Below are positions 26,302 through 42,520 of a stretch of 64,000 nucleotides of DNA, piece after piece. The DNA comes from Piromyces finnis finn (Eukaryota; Fungi; Neocallimastigomycota). Under the pieces are notes generated by a model. It was not told where the DNA came from. It was given only the letters and a program-made list of their open reading frames with translations, and did not search any database. Location of the stretch: positions 310,001-374,000 of the forward strand of contig MCFH01000050.1 of NCBI GenBank assembly GCA_002104945.1, given 5' to 3'. The translations under genes were made by a program, and so were the position numbers. Numbering within the stretch: position 1 is the stretch's first letter; the number at the start of each line of letters is the position of its first letter.

Positions 26302-27711
26302 GTTTAGTTCTTTTTTTTTTATATAGAAAGTTCTTTAATTATTATTCAATAACAATAAAAGATAAATATATTTTTTGGTGTTTGTACCAGCAAACAAATA
26401 TATTAAAAAATATTATATTTTTTAATTTATTGAAACAAAAAAAAAACGAAGAAAATGAAAACCTATTTATATTTTTTCTTTTTTTTAAGGGTAGTATTAA
26501 CCCAAACTATAATAAAATATTTTAAAAATTTAAAGAGTTATTTTAAAATTGTTCTTTTAAAACTATTCGTTAAGTTAAATTAAAATTTATATTAAAAATT
26601 AAAACTTTTAACATTATAGAAAATAAATAAAATATTTTAAATATTTTTAAAATAATAATAAATATTTAAATAATAGTAGTAAAGTAAGAATTGCTTTTTA
26701 AAAATTATAAAATCCCTTATAATATAAATATGATTAAGCCTTTTATTATTTATATATATATAAAAAAATAATAAATTATAATAGTGAAAATATATATAAA
26801 GTATGATATATAATAATTCAAAATCTAAAACCTTTCTTATGGAAATTATTAATAAAAAGGATTGATTGAAGCTTCAATATTTTAATTTTATTTTATAATA
26901 AATTAAAACAAGGGCTTTTATTTATTTATGGTTTATATTTCAAATCATTTACTCTTTACCTTTAAAGCTTCAAAATTAATTATTTAATAACTTTGATCTA
27001 TATATTTCTTACTTTTTGATAGTTGATGATATATAACTTTATTTGTTATTATTTAATATATTAAAAAATCCATAATATTAAATTTAAATATATAACATGG
27101 GAAATAATAATTTTAAAAATTAAATCAAATCAAATAAAAAGAATATAAAGGAGACTAACTTTTATTACGGATTAATTTCTAATGGACTATTAATATTTAT
27201 ATATGATCATCTTATAGAACATAAATATATATTATTACTAGTAAAACACTTCATCTGTTTTTTTTTAAAAAATGTTATTAATTATTTTTCTTTCCTCTCA
27301 ATATAATAATTAAAATTCTAAAATTGACTCTTTGAATAATAATTAATAAAAAATATAAATAGTAATTTTGTAATTTTTTATATTATCTGTAAAAATATAT
27401 TATAAATTAAAAAAAAAAAAAAAAAAATAAAGTTGCATATTTGATCTCTTAAAATTAAACTATATAAAGTAATATCAGGCAGGATTATGTGGTGTTTTAC
27501 TAGATATATCAAAAATCAGCAAAGATCTATATGTTTTTTTATAGACATTGATAATATGTAGTTTTATTTAATAATAATTTAATTTAATTAAAATACACTA
27601 TATTAAAAAAATAAAAATAAAAATAAAATAAATATGTTTAAATAAACACAAATGAATAAAAATTGGGTATAATGTATTCTAGTAATTTTAATTAAAATAA
27701 GAAAGTTCCTA

Positions 27712-28210
27712 TTATACTAAAGTATAATAATTGTATTTGGCTTCCAATGGGACACCGAGTCGAAGTATAGTTATAAAATAATTTTTCTTACTTCCATTTC
27801 GGGGAGCATAAGTAAGTGATGACATGATTATTGTATTTATTGTAAAAAAATCATCAAGAAATCTAAGTGAAGAAATTTTGTATTCAGAGAATGAAGGACA
27901 TTCTAAAATCCAATCCGTAACATAAACACAAGAGCAGTCAGGTGTAATTCTATTACTGGTAGTGCTTTCATAACCGCATCGAATACGAATAATCCAAGAA
28001 ATTTAGGTGAGGATTGTTGAGACCGATATGCATTAGGCGATTTGAATTATAGAATTGTTGGCCAATAACAAAAGGCATGATTTTGGTTAGAAGTTTCGCT
28101 GTACCGTCAAAAATGATGTTCCTTCGTAAGTGCTCCAAATGAATCTGACACTTGCAAAGAACTTTGCAAGTGTCAGATTCAATTGGTATTGTTAAAACTT
28201 CTTCCCCCAA
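27712..28210 (-). mobile_element. Decayed, 5'-truncated non-LTR retrotransposon (LINE) ORF2 C-terminal fragment
   Basis: GC- and CpG-elevated island in near-pure AT DNA. The stop-free frame 28002-27712 reads ISWIIRIRCGYE...PDCSCVYVTDWILECPSFSEYKISSLRFLDDF, resembling the W-I-L-R-x-R-C-G...CxxC...H-W-I-L-E-C-P zinc knuckle at the end of LINE ORF2. The His is one base away (GAT vs CAT). The upstream part is in another frame. Recognised from motif memory only. Confidence 0.55.
28135..28186. repeat. Near-perfect inverted repeat (20-bp perfect arms, 2-nt loop)
   Basis: TGAATCTGACACTTGCAAAG (28140-28159), AA loop, CTTTGCAAGTGTCAGATTCA (28162-28181). After one A/A mismatch it extends by CCAA/TTGG. 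Confidence 0.95.
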
Positions 28211-28627
28211 AAAAGAATTTAAATAGGAAACTTTTCTTTAAATTATTATATTTATAAAACAAAATAAAATAAATATTATATATATTAACACAAAAAATCA
28301 AATTACATTTTTTTTTTTTTAAAAAAAAATACTTTATTTAATTATTTAAATAAATAAAAAATTTTTTTAAAAAGTAGAAAGAATTTTAAAATTATATTTT
28401 TTTTTCTAATGGATAGTTCATTATTATTAACTAGATATTATTTTATCTTTTTTTTTTCATTAAATGATATATATTATTTAATCAACTCTATATTTGATCT
28501 TTTACATAAAAAATAATAATTATTTAATATTGTTATTCTATTTTAATTTTAATAATATTATTTATTATCATATATAATATCAAATTTGTATATTATATAT
28601 ATCATTAATATTTTAATTTTTTGCAAT

Positions 28628-32865
<4,238 letters not shown>

Positions 32866-35800
32866 TTTTTAAATATTAATTTCTTTTTTTTTCCAATAAT
32901 GAAATAAAAATAAGTATTAAAAAAATTTTTTTTAAAAAAAAAAAAAAAAAAAGTTTTTCAGTTAAAAAAAAAAAAAGAATAATAAAAAATCTATTTTTAA
33001 TAAACTAATTTTTATGTTCATAATTTTTCATTTTTTTTTTTTTTTTTTTTTTTTTTGAAAAAAGTCATATAATAAAGGTTTTGACATATTTTTCATATTC
33101 ATATTATTTTGATATAATATTGATAGTTGAAAATTAAATTATTAATATATTTATGTATAGATAGGATATATAAGATGATATATGTATAAATAAAAAAAAA
33201 AAAAAAAAAAAAAAAAGATGAGTATTAATTTATATATCTTTTAACAATAGTAATAAAATACAATTAACATTATTTTTTGTAATAATAATTATTATTTTAT
33301 AGATATTTCATTAAGTAATAAACATGTAATTTCTTTATTTATATAATTATATATCTATATTATTTGTATTTTAAGTATAATGCGAAGTTTTTTAATTTTC
33401 ATTTTAATGTCTTTGTCTTTAATATTTGATATATATATATTTTAAAATATATTGTATTTAATAATTTCCATGGCATTCATTAAAACTTGTAATTACATTT
33501 TTTATTATATCTCATTTTAAATCATAGTACTTTATTTAACATTAATCCTCAAATATTATATATAATATTTGCTATATTGTTTTCGAATCATCTTTAATTT
33601 TTATTTTATCAACAATTTTATTACTTTTCTTTTGAATATTAAATATATTATAAATATATATAAAGATTTCAACTATTACTTCTTCCTATAATGTACTAAT
33701 ATTTTTTTAATTTTTTAAATTAAAAGCCCAGTAATTATTTATAATTATTTCATTCAACATAAATTAAAAAGTGGATTAAAGTAAATTAAGGATTATATTA
33801 AAATCTATTTTTTTCTATTTTAACTTTTTATTTTTAAAATCAAGTTTTTTTTTTTTTATATAATAATAAAGTTACTTTTAATTTTATTTTATTATCCTTT
33901 CTATAAGTATTTTTTTTTAGAATAGTTATAAAAAGATTTAAAAAACTATAGGATAATTATCATCAATAATAGCAATTAGAGACATTATTGAGAGAAATGT
34001 TAAATATATAAAACTTTGATTATAATAAATTTTTAAACATCGACCTTTTTAATCTTTTTAATAAATAATGAAATTTAGTAATAATCGTATAAATAATAAA
34101 ATCAAACTTTTTTTTTTCATCTTTTTTTTAAAATTTATTTAATTTATATATAAATATAAATTATATATAAATATACTTTATTTTAAAAATAAATTATGAG
34201 AAGAAAAAAAAAAAAGACTCCAAAACTTTAATTAATAATTATTATATATATATATATATTTGCATTTTATCATTAAAATCACTAAACTATATTTGCTAAA
34301 TAAGTATTTATTATTATTAAATTAATTAAATATAAAATAATGATGATGATATTTTAACTACCAAAAATTTATCATAATAAATGAATATACTAAGCATTAT
34401 AAATTATTATTTTAATTGAAATTATTTATAAGGAAGACTTAAATAATTTATGCTGCATGTTGTAATGTTGTAATAACTTTATAAAAATGTTTTATATTTT
34501 TTTATGTTTAATACTTTCCATGACATTATATCAATATTAATAGTACATTTAATATTATTATTTTCTTATTTTATAAAATTAATTATTATATAATAAAAAA
34601 ATTATATCAATGTAATAGTTAAACAACTTTATTCTAATTTTATAATGTAAGGCACATCAAATTTAAATTTGCATTATTGCAATTAAAATTATGTACCCTT
34701 TTTTTCTATTATTATTATTATTATTATTATTATGTTCTCTCCTATAACAAAAGAATTGAATAAAAATTGATAATTATTTTAAGTTGTGAAATTGTGAAAA
34801 ATTAAAAGTATTCATTTTTTTTAATTAATATTACAATTATATAACATTTAATATGTAAAACTTTCCATTTTTTATTACAAATCCAAAATACTAGTGTATT
34901 ATCAAAATTTCAACTAATTATTATTATTTTTTATTTAAATAGTTTTAGTTTTAGAATATATATTATCAAATTATTGGGCAATGTAAATATTAATATATGA
35001 TCCTGTAAAGTACGGTCGATAAAAATATTGATATATACCTTAAATATATTTAATTGTAGGTATTTACTAAAGTGATGCAAGATGCACCTTTAATTTATTG
35101 TATAAAATGTTAAAAAGAGTTTTATAATTATTAATTAAAATTCGTGTAACAATAATAATCTAAAATATTTTTTAACATACTTGACAGAAATTCATAAATA
35201 AGCAAGAATTTTTTTTTTAGTACAAATATGTGAAAAAGAGGTTATTTTTCGACTTCTTGAATTTCACAAATTTCCTTGTCCTATAATACTAAATACTTAC
35301 TTGATTATCATCCTAATAGATAATATATATATATATATCTATTTTTTTAAATTAAGTAGTGGAATTGATAAAGTAAAAATAGAAAAACCATCATAAAAAA
35401 TATTAAAACTAATAAAAATTAAAGTATCCCCTTATTAATACTATGATAGTTGAATTAAATTCATTTTAAATACATATTTTCCATTTATTAGAACTAAAAA
35501 TATTCATGTTGTTCTACTTTTCACTTTTCATATTACTTTTTTTTTTTTTTAATAAATAAAATTTCCCACACTTTTACTTTATCGGAGGATTTTAATTCTT
35601 ATTTTCCACTTTTCCACCCTTTATACTGTATTAATGAATTAATATATAACTAAAAATGTTAAAAAAAAAAAAGAAAAATTGTAGATATTTATTACATATA
35701 AAACTTATGATCAAATCATATGATCACATAAATTTATCTATTAAATGAATATGTAGTAATTAATAGTATAATTGATTTTATTAACTAATCTTTAATAACA

Positions 35801-37735
35801 CTTATTTATTTAAAGCAAAAATAATAAAATATAATATAATGAAATAAAATAAAATAGTAATTATATAATAAATGACACTCTTTAACCCAAAAATATTATT
35901 ATTCAACAAATATAAAATTCTTTTTAATTTTCAAAATAAATAAATGAATAAGTAAATAAATTTTTTCAATTATTATTAAAATTAGCAAATGAGATAAAAA
36001 CACACCTTATTAAAATTAATATATTATTTAATATAATGTAATATATTATAATATTAAAAATAATTTAAATTTATATTTTAAAAATGCTACTAAAAAATAC
36101 AAAAAAGTTAAGCTGTTCTTGTTATTCAAATGTTCCATTATTAATGAATAAAAAAAAAGGTTTCTTTTTATATAAAACAAAAAACTTAAAAAAAAAAGGA
36201 TCGTTTTTTTTTGTACATTTTCTTATATTCTTATTAATAAAGTAAATGAATATCCATAAAGATTGATTATTACATGGAATAATTTAATTAAAATATTAAT
36301 CTTTTTTTTTTTTAATTATTAATAGAAATGCTATAATAAATTTTAATAATTATAAAAATTTTTAACTTTTTTTTTTTTCTTCCTATGGTTCAATACCATA
36401 TTGTATATTCTATATTTACATATTCTTTTCTTTCAAAAAAAAAATTAGGATGTTAATATTATTGTGATGGATTTTTTCATCTTTTTCTTATTCCACTACT
36501 ACTACTACTATTAATCATGGAATATTATTGTTTATTATTAATATTTAATGTTTAAAAAAGATCCAATAAATTTTTTTGAAATGGAAAATTACTCCTTTTA
36601 TTCAATGTTAATCGACTAAAAAAAATCATGCTACACTGCACCATTATTTTTGTAAAAGATATTATGGATATTATTTAGAAAAAATAATAAAATATTTTGT
36701 TTCTCTTTTATTACTTTATATATTTAAAAGTTGACTTGTTCATCATCTTATTATCTATTTTTCTTTAACTAAAGAAAAGTAATACCATTCTTCTTTATCT
36801 ATTTTCATTACTTTTTTTTTTTAAATCTTTAAATTTTAAATATTTAAATATTATTGTTCTTATTTTATAATATAAAAAGTATTTACAATGTAATATAAAA
36901 ATATATTAATTTATATATTAATACTATACTATAATATATTATCTGAATCAACTAATGGTTTATAAATAATAATAAATTTTAATAAATACATAATTTAAAA
37001 GGAAAGAGAAACAAAAAATCAAAATATCTTTTTTGAAAGTTTTTTCTATAAAATATAATCTTCACAATATCAAAATTTACCATTATATCTTATTTTTAAA
37101 CTTGTAGTATAAAAAATATAATAATATTGAAGAAAACAAACTAAAAACTAAAAAAAAAAAAAAAAAAAAATTACATATATATATATAAAAAAGAAATAAA
37201 AAAACTTTATTACACACCATTTAAATATACATGTAAATATCTTTTTATAGCAAGTATTTTTATATATAGTATTATTATTGTCCTTATTATATATCTTAAT
37301 AGATATGCTTATTTAAAAGAAGAAATAAAATAACTGATAGTTTGACAATTTGGAATTAATAAATTATTAAATTAGAAATAAAAAATGTAAATGAAAAAAG
37401 TTGGGTTTGTGACATTGAAATTTGACATTTTGTTTCTGTAAATATATTAAAAAAATAACCTAATAAAAGTAATTATAATAATAACAGATAATATTCAGAA
37501 ACATGATATAGCGAATAAAAAAAAAGAGGCAAGATAAATTTCTCACACTTTAAACTATTATAACAAATTTTATAGAAAAAAAATATTTCTTTTTTTTTTA
37601 TGCCACATTTTAATTTGAATTTAAATTTTATATTTATATAGAAAAAATAAAATTATCTAAATATTTATATACTAAAACTCTAAAACCTTTATCAATTATA
37701 TTAGATTAAATAAAAATTATAATTAATTTAAGAAA

Positions 37736-40166
37736 ATGATGACTGCTGGTAGTGTTGGTAGTAGAAGTGCTGGTAAATAATCAAATTTATATATATATAC
37801 CAATGAAATAATAGAATTTAAAGAGGAAAAGTATAAAAGCTAATGGGTATTTTTCTTTTAAAAAAAATAACTATAATTATAACCATACATAATAAACATT
37901 TATAGCAACCAAACGTTTAATGAAGGAATATGCTGAACTTCAAAGTTCTCCAAATTTTCAATACTCAGCTGCTCCACTTGAAGTACATATAAAAGAAAAA
38001 GAAAATATGTCTTGTTCAAATATTTTATTTTAAAAATTGAATGTTAATAAAATTTATTATTTGGAAATTGTTATTAATAAATAGGATAACATTTTTGATT
38101 GGCATTTTACCATCAGAGGTCCACAAGATTCAGAATTTGAAAATGGAATGTATGTAATTCTAATCAAACGATATATATATATAAACAAAAAAAGTTAAAT
38201 TTTACAACAACATCAATAATTAAATTGTAACATTAATATAAAATATATATTATATATAACATTTATATATTTTAAAGATATCATGGTCGTATTGTATTAC
38301 CACCACAATATCCATATAAACCACCAAGTATTTATTTCTTAACTGTAAGCTTAGAAATAAGATAATCATTATTATAAAGAATATAGGGTAAAATAAAATT
38401 AATAAATTTAAATATATTATTATTATTAAAATTATTTAAATAAAACCATAGCCAAATGGTCGTTTTGAACTCGGAAAAAAAATTTGCTTAAGTATTACTG
38501 GATATCATCCAGAAACTTGGTTACCAGCTTGGGGAAGTAAGTAATTTATGTATTTTAGATAATAATTAATTTTATATTTCAATTTATATTATATTTTAAA
38601 AAAATAATTATAAAAAGCATTCAAAAGATAGAAAAAATAAAAAGGATGTTTTAATTATTGTTTAAATAATTAAAGCATTTAATAGAATTATTAAATAAAT
38701 TAAACAATTAAAATTTATAAAATAATAATAATAGTATGTATAAAAAGGAAAAAAACAAAAATTTTTTTTTTCTTTTTATATTTATTATTATTATTTAATT
38801 TAAAATGGGTAATTTGAGTTGAAAATAAATAAAAAAAGAAACTAGATAAAGGAAAATCTTAAAAAAAAAAAGATTTTTAAGAAAGAATTTTTATTTAAAA
38901 ATTTGATAAAGTAAATGTGAAATAATATTAAAATACATGAAAGCTACATGAAAATTATACGTTGATTTTTTTAATTTTAGTTTGTGTATATTAATGATAG
39001 GAAATATATTAAATATAAGAATTATCAAAAAATCTTAATTATTATTTTACTGATAATAATTTATACTCTGATAAAATTAATTATATTTATTTCTATTTAC
39101 TAAAAATTTTTTAAATTTATTTTTGTATATTAAAATTTGCATTATTAAATTTTAAAATACTATAGTTAGAACAGCTTTAATTGCTTTAATTAGTTTTATG
39201 ACAACTGAAGGAAAATCAGCTGTTGGTGCTTTGGATTATACACCAGAAGAAAGAAAAGTAATTATTATTTATAATCACTTCTAGTTTTCATAATAATATT
39301 ATTTGTTTGTTTATCATAAACTAATATTTAATAATCTAAATTTACCACCTTACCTCTCATTTTTTTAATTATTAATAATCAATAAATAAAATTAACAGAT
39401 TCTTGCTAAAAAGTAAGTAATATTAATATGTTAATAAAACAACAATTGATTATTAACAATTGTTTACTTTTATAATTAAATAAAAAGATCTCAAACATGG
39501 TATTGTGAAAGATGTGGATGCAAAAATTGTGAACAAGTATTACCAATTCCACAGAATGAAACCGAAAATCATGAAGATCATGAAGATCATGATAAATTAG
39601 CTGATATGTTGGTTGTTTATGGTGATAAAAAAGAAAATGTTGAATCAGAAAGTCAAAAAGATACCACAATTCAAACTGATGTAAATAATACTTTACCTAT
39701 ATCAAACAACTCAGAAAATGAAAATAATAATAGTATAGAACCAACAGAATCGCCATTAAATAATATAACAATAACACCAACACCAACCACCACACAACCA
39801 TCTACTAATATTAATACAAATAATGTAGAAATAAACTCTTCATCTGTACAGCAAAGAGTACCAACTTCATCTACTTCTGTAAATGTAGAGCCTGTAGAAC
39901 AAACCGCAACACCAGCATCAGCATCATCTTCATCTTCTTCTAATCAACCAACAACTATACCAACAACAAATAGTTCACCATCTACATCCACTACAAATAA
40001 TATTAATAGAACTAATTCCCAAGTCAATATGAATCAAAATAATATTAATGAAGAAAGGTTCAAATCTTTCATTGATACCTTGATTATTGTTGTTTTTGGT
40101 CTTCTTGCAGCATTAGTTTATTATAGAATTAATAAAGATGCAAAGTTTTGGAATAATTTAGAATAA
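37736..40166 (+). CDS. UBE2J1: ER tail-anchored ubiquitin-conjugating enzyme E2 J1/Ubc6 family; 8 exons
   Basis: Exons 37736-37772, 37906-37982, 38085-38149, 38278-38344, 38452-38536, 39166-39257, 39399-39412 and 39488-40166. Motifs are ATKRLMKE, DNIFDWHFTIRGP, YHGRIVLPPQYPYKPP, PNGRFELGKKICLSITGYHPETW (active-site Cys), IRTALIALISFM and WYCERCG, with a C-terminal transmembrane helix. Confidence 0.93.
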
Positions 40167-40859
40167 TAAAAATGATAATTTTAATTAAAAGAAGCATCGT
40201 ATAAAACACTTAAAAACACAAAATAATAATTTAATAACAAAAAGAAAAAAAAAATCAAAGCAAAAAAAAAATCATTTGTATAATATTCTATATAGTATAT
40301 ATTAAAAAAAAAAAAAAAAAAACATTATTAAATAATATCTATTTTTAAATCTATTTCATTTTCAATATTTTAAAGTAAATTTTCATCATTATTTTTAATA
40401 ATATATCACAATATCAGCAATTCAACAATGTAACAATATCAAATTCATTAATCCATTTAAACTATTGTTTTTACATATATAAGAAAAAAAAAAAAAAAAA
40501 TTATAAAAATCGTAAAATCAAAATACAAATCTAAAAAAAAAAAAAAGAAAGAAAGGAAAAATAGTAATAATAAAAAAAGTTTAAACGAAATCATTATAAC
40601 GTATAAACTAAAATACTTTAAAGCAACAACTACAAAAATAATAATAAAATAAATATATATATATAAATAATATCTTCTTAACTATTTTAAAAATCATTAT
40701 TAAAAAATATGTGTATCTTTTTTTTCTTTAAATAAAAAAATAAATATTATGCCTATAAATATTAATTGTTAGATATGAATTAGGCATATTTTTTTTTTTT
40801 TTTATATTATAAAAGATTTAAAAAATTATTATTATTAATTATCCATTGAAGTTAAAAAT

Positions 40860-41960
40860 GATTATTTTATAAAGTCATTTGTTGATTTTCTTTGTATAAG
40901 ATTTCTGGGTTAAACATTATTTATACCCATACTTAATGATAGAATTCTTTAATTGTATATCTATTGATTTGAAAAATATAGACATTCCTTCCTACATTTT
41001 AATTAAAATATATATTGAAACCAGGTAATGGTTTAATGGTTTCAATATAAATAGAACTAGTAGAGTTTAATCATTTATCAATACAGCTTATTGTATGGAG
41101 TAGCATTAGCTCTCACAATAAAAATCTTAATAACAATGATTTCTTATTGGAACGAATTCATTTATTAGTTTTTATGCTTTAACAAGAGATTTGAGGATAC
41201 TTCCCCTTGCAAGTATTTGTGCTGCGAAACAAGTTAAAATGTTTTGTTCAATGGAGAAAATTAAATTATATTATTAATGATCAGGAACAAAATTTATGGA
41301 AAAACAACAACAAACCAATAATTTAATATATTAATTTAATTTAATTATGCAAACAAATGTATAGATTAAGTTGGAATGCTTTTTTTTTTTTTTTTTTTTT
41401 TTTTCATAATAAATAATAAAATTAATTATACTTTTTTTTTTTTTTTTGTGACCATTTTTTATTATTCTTTAATTATTAACTTTGTTTTTCCCTTTCTATC
41501 TATTTAATTAATTTTTAATATATATAAATATTTATTATAATTTTTCCATTCCATGATAATTTACAACTTTTGTGCTCTTATTGTTCTTATACATACTATA
41601 TTGGTATTGCCGTTGACCCTCTCAATATCTTAATACTTAATATCTCAATACCCAAAATAATGGTGGCTTGAAAGTAGATGATGGTCTTCAACAATTCTTT
41701 ATGAATATCTTTACCGTTCATATGGATTTCATGTTCCATATATAGAGGTTTGCCGAGACTGATACGCATAAGATAATTTGAATTATGAGATCTGAGAGCT
41801 TTATTTCCATTGTTAAAGCTACTTTTTTTTTTCAATAATATTTTCTAATGACGTTAGTATTTTTAATATTAATTATAATAAGTTTTTTATGTTATGAACA
41901 AGATTTTTTGAACCAAGGGTGATGAGACATATGAGGATTAAATTGGTCAAGATCTATTAC
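40860..41960 (-). pseudogene. Possible highly decayed coding or retroelement remnant
   Basis: Patches of raised GC (about 40860-41260 and 41580-41960). Short broken minus-strand frames include LFWVLR and SIEQNILTCFAAQ, which faintly resemble LINE ORF2 C-terminal motifs. No intact ORF with recognisable homology. Confidence 0.3.
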
Positions 41961-42397
41961 TTTATTAAAAAAAAAAAATAAGCTCATACCATGCAAAAGC
42001 AATGTAAATTAATAGATTAATGAGGAAAACAAATAAATAAAACTATATATATGTATATATGCAAATGAAAAACTGTAAAACAAGCTTCTTTTTTTTTTTT
42101 TTTTGTCATAAACTCTGTCACCCAAAACTCATTCATATAAAACAAAAATTGGTATTTATATGAAGTATATTTAAACTTTGTACCTGATTAATATTTTTTT
42201 TAATATTGAATTCATTGAAAAGGGGAAAATAAATATAAAATATTTTATGAAAAAAAGTAAATTATTGAAAAAAAAAAAAGTTCACTTTATAATATAATAG
42301 ATAATATTCCTTAGTTTTATTACTATTTTTATTATATTGTTGATATTTTTCATTTACAAATAAGGAGTTTATATATTAACCATTATGGTTTAAATCA

Positions 42398-42398
<1 letters not shown>

Positions 42399-42474
<76 letters not shown>

Positions 42475-42520
42475 GTTTATTATTATGTTTATTGTTATGT
42501 TTATTATGTTTATTATTATT
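42399..42520. repeat. (TTA)n microsatellite with degenerate TTATTATGT tail
   Basis: Read directly from the sequence. Confidence 0.9.

Noticed and set aside
27749-27765. GACACCGAGTCG, resembling the 3' hairpin of the SpCas9 tracrRNA
   Set aside because: Short chance match in a eukaryotic genome, with no CRISPR array, cas gene or remaining scaffold.
27720-28210. Island as U3, RNase P/MRP, SRP or telomerase RNA
   Set aside because: It lacks U3 box A (GATCATTTCTATAG), the P4 motifs, a correctly ordered SRP helix 8 and a CTAACCCT template. A LINE-like reading frame explains it better.
41140-41240. U6/U6atac-like words (ATTGGAACGA; TTCGCAGCACAAATACT; CCCCTTGCAAG)
   Set aside because: The pieces lie on opposite strands and the ACAGAGA/AAGGAGAGA box is absent.
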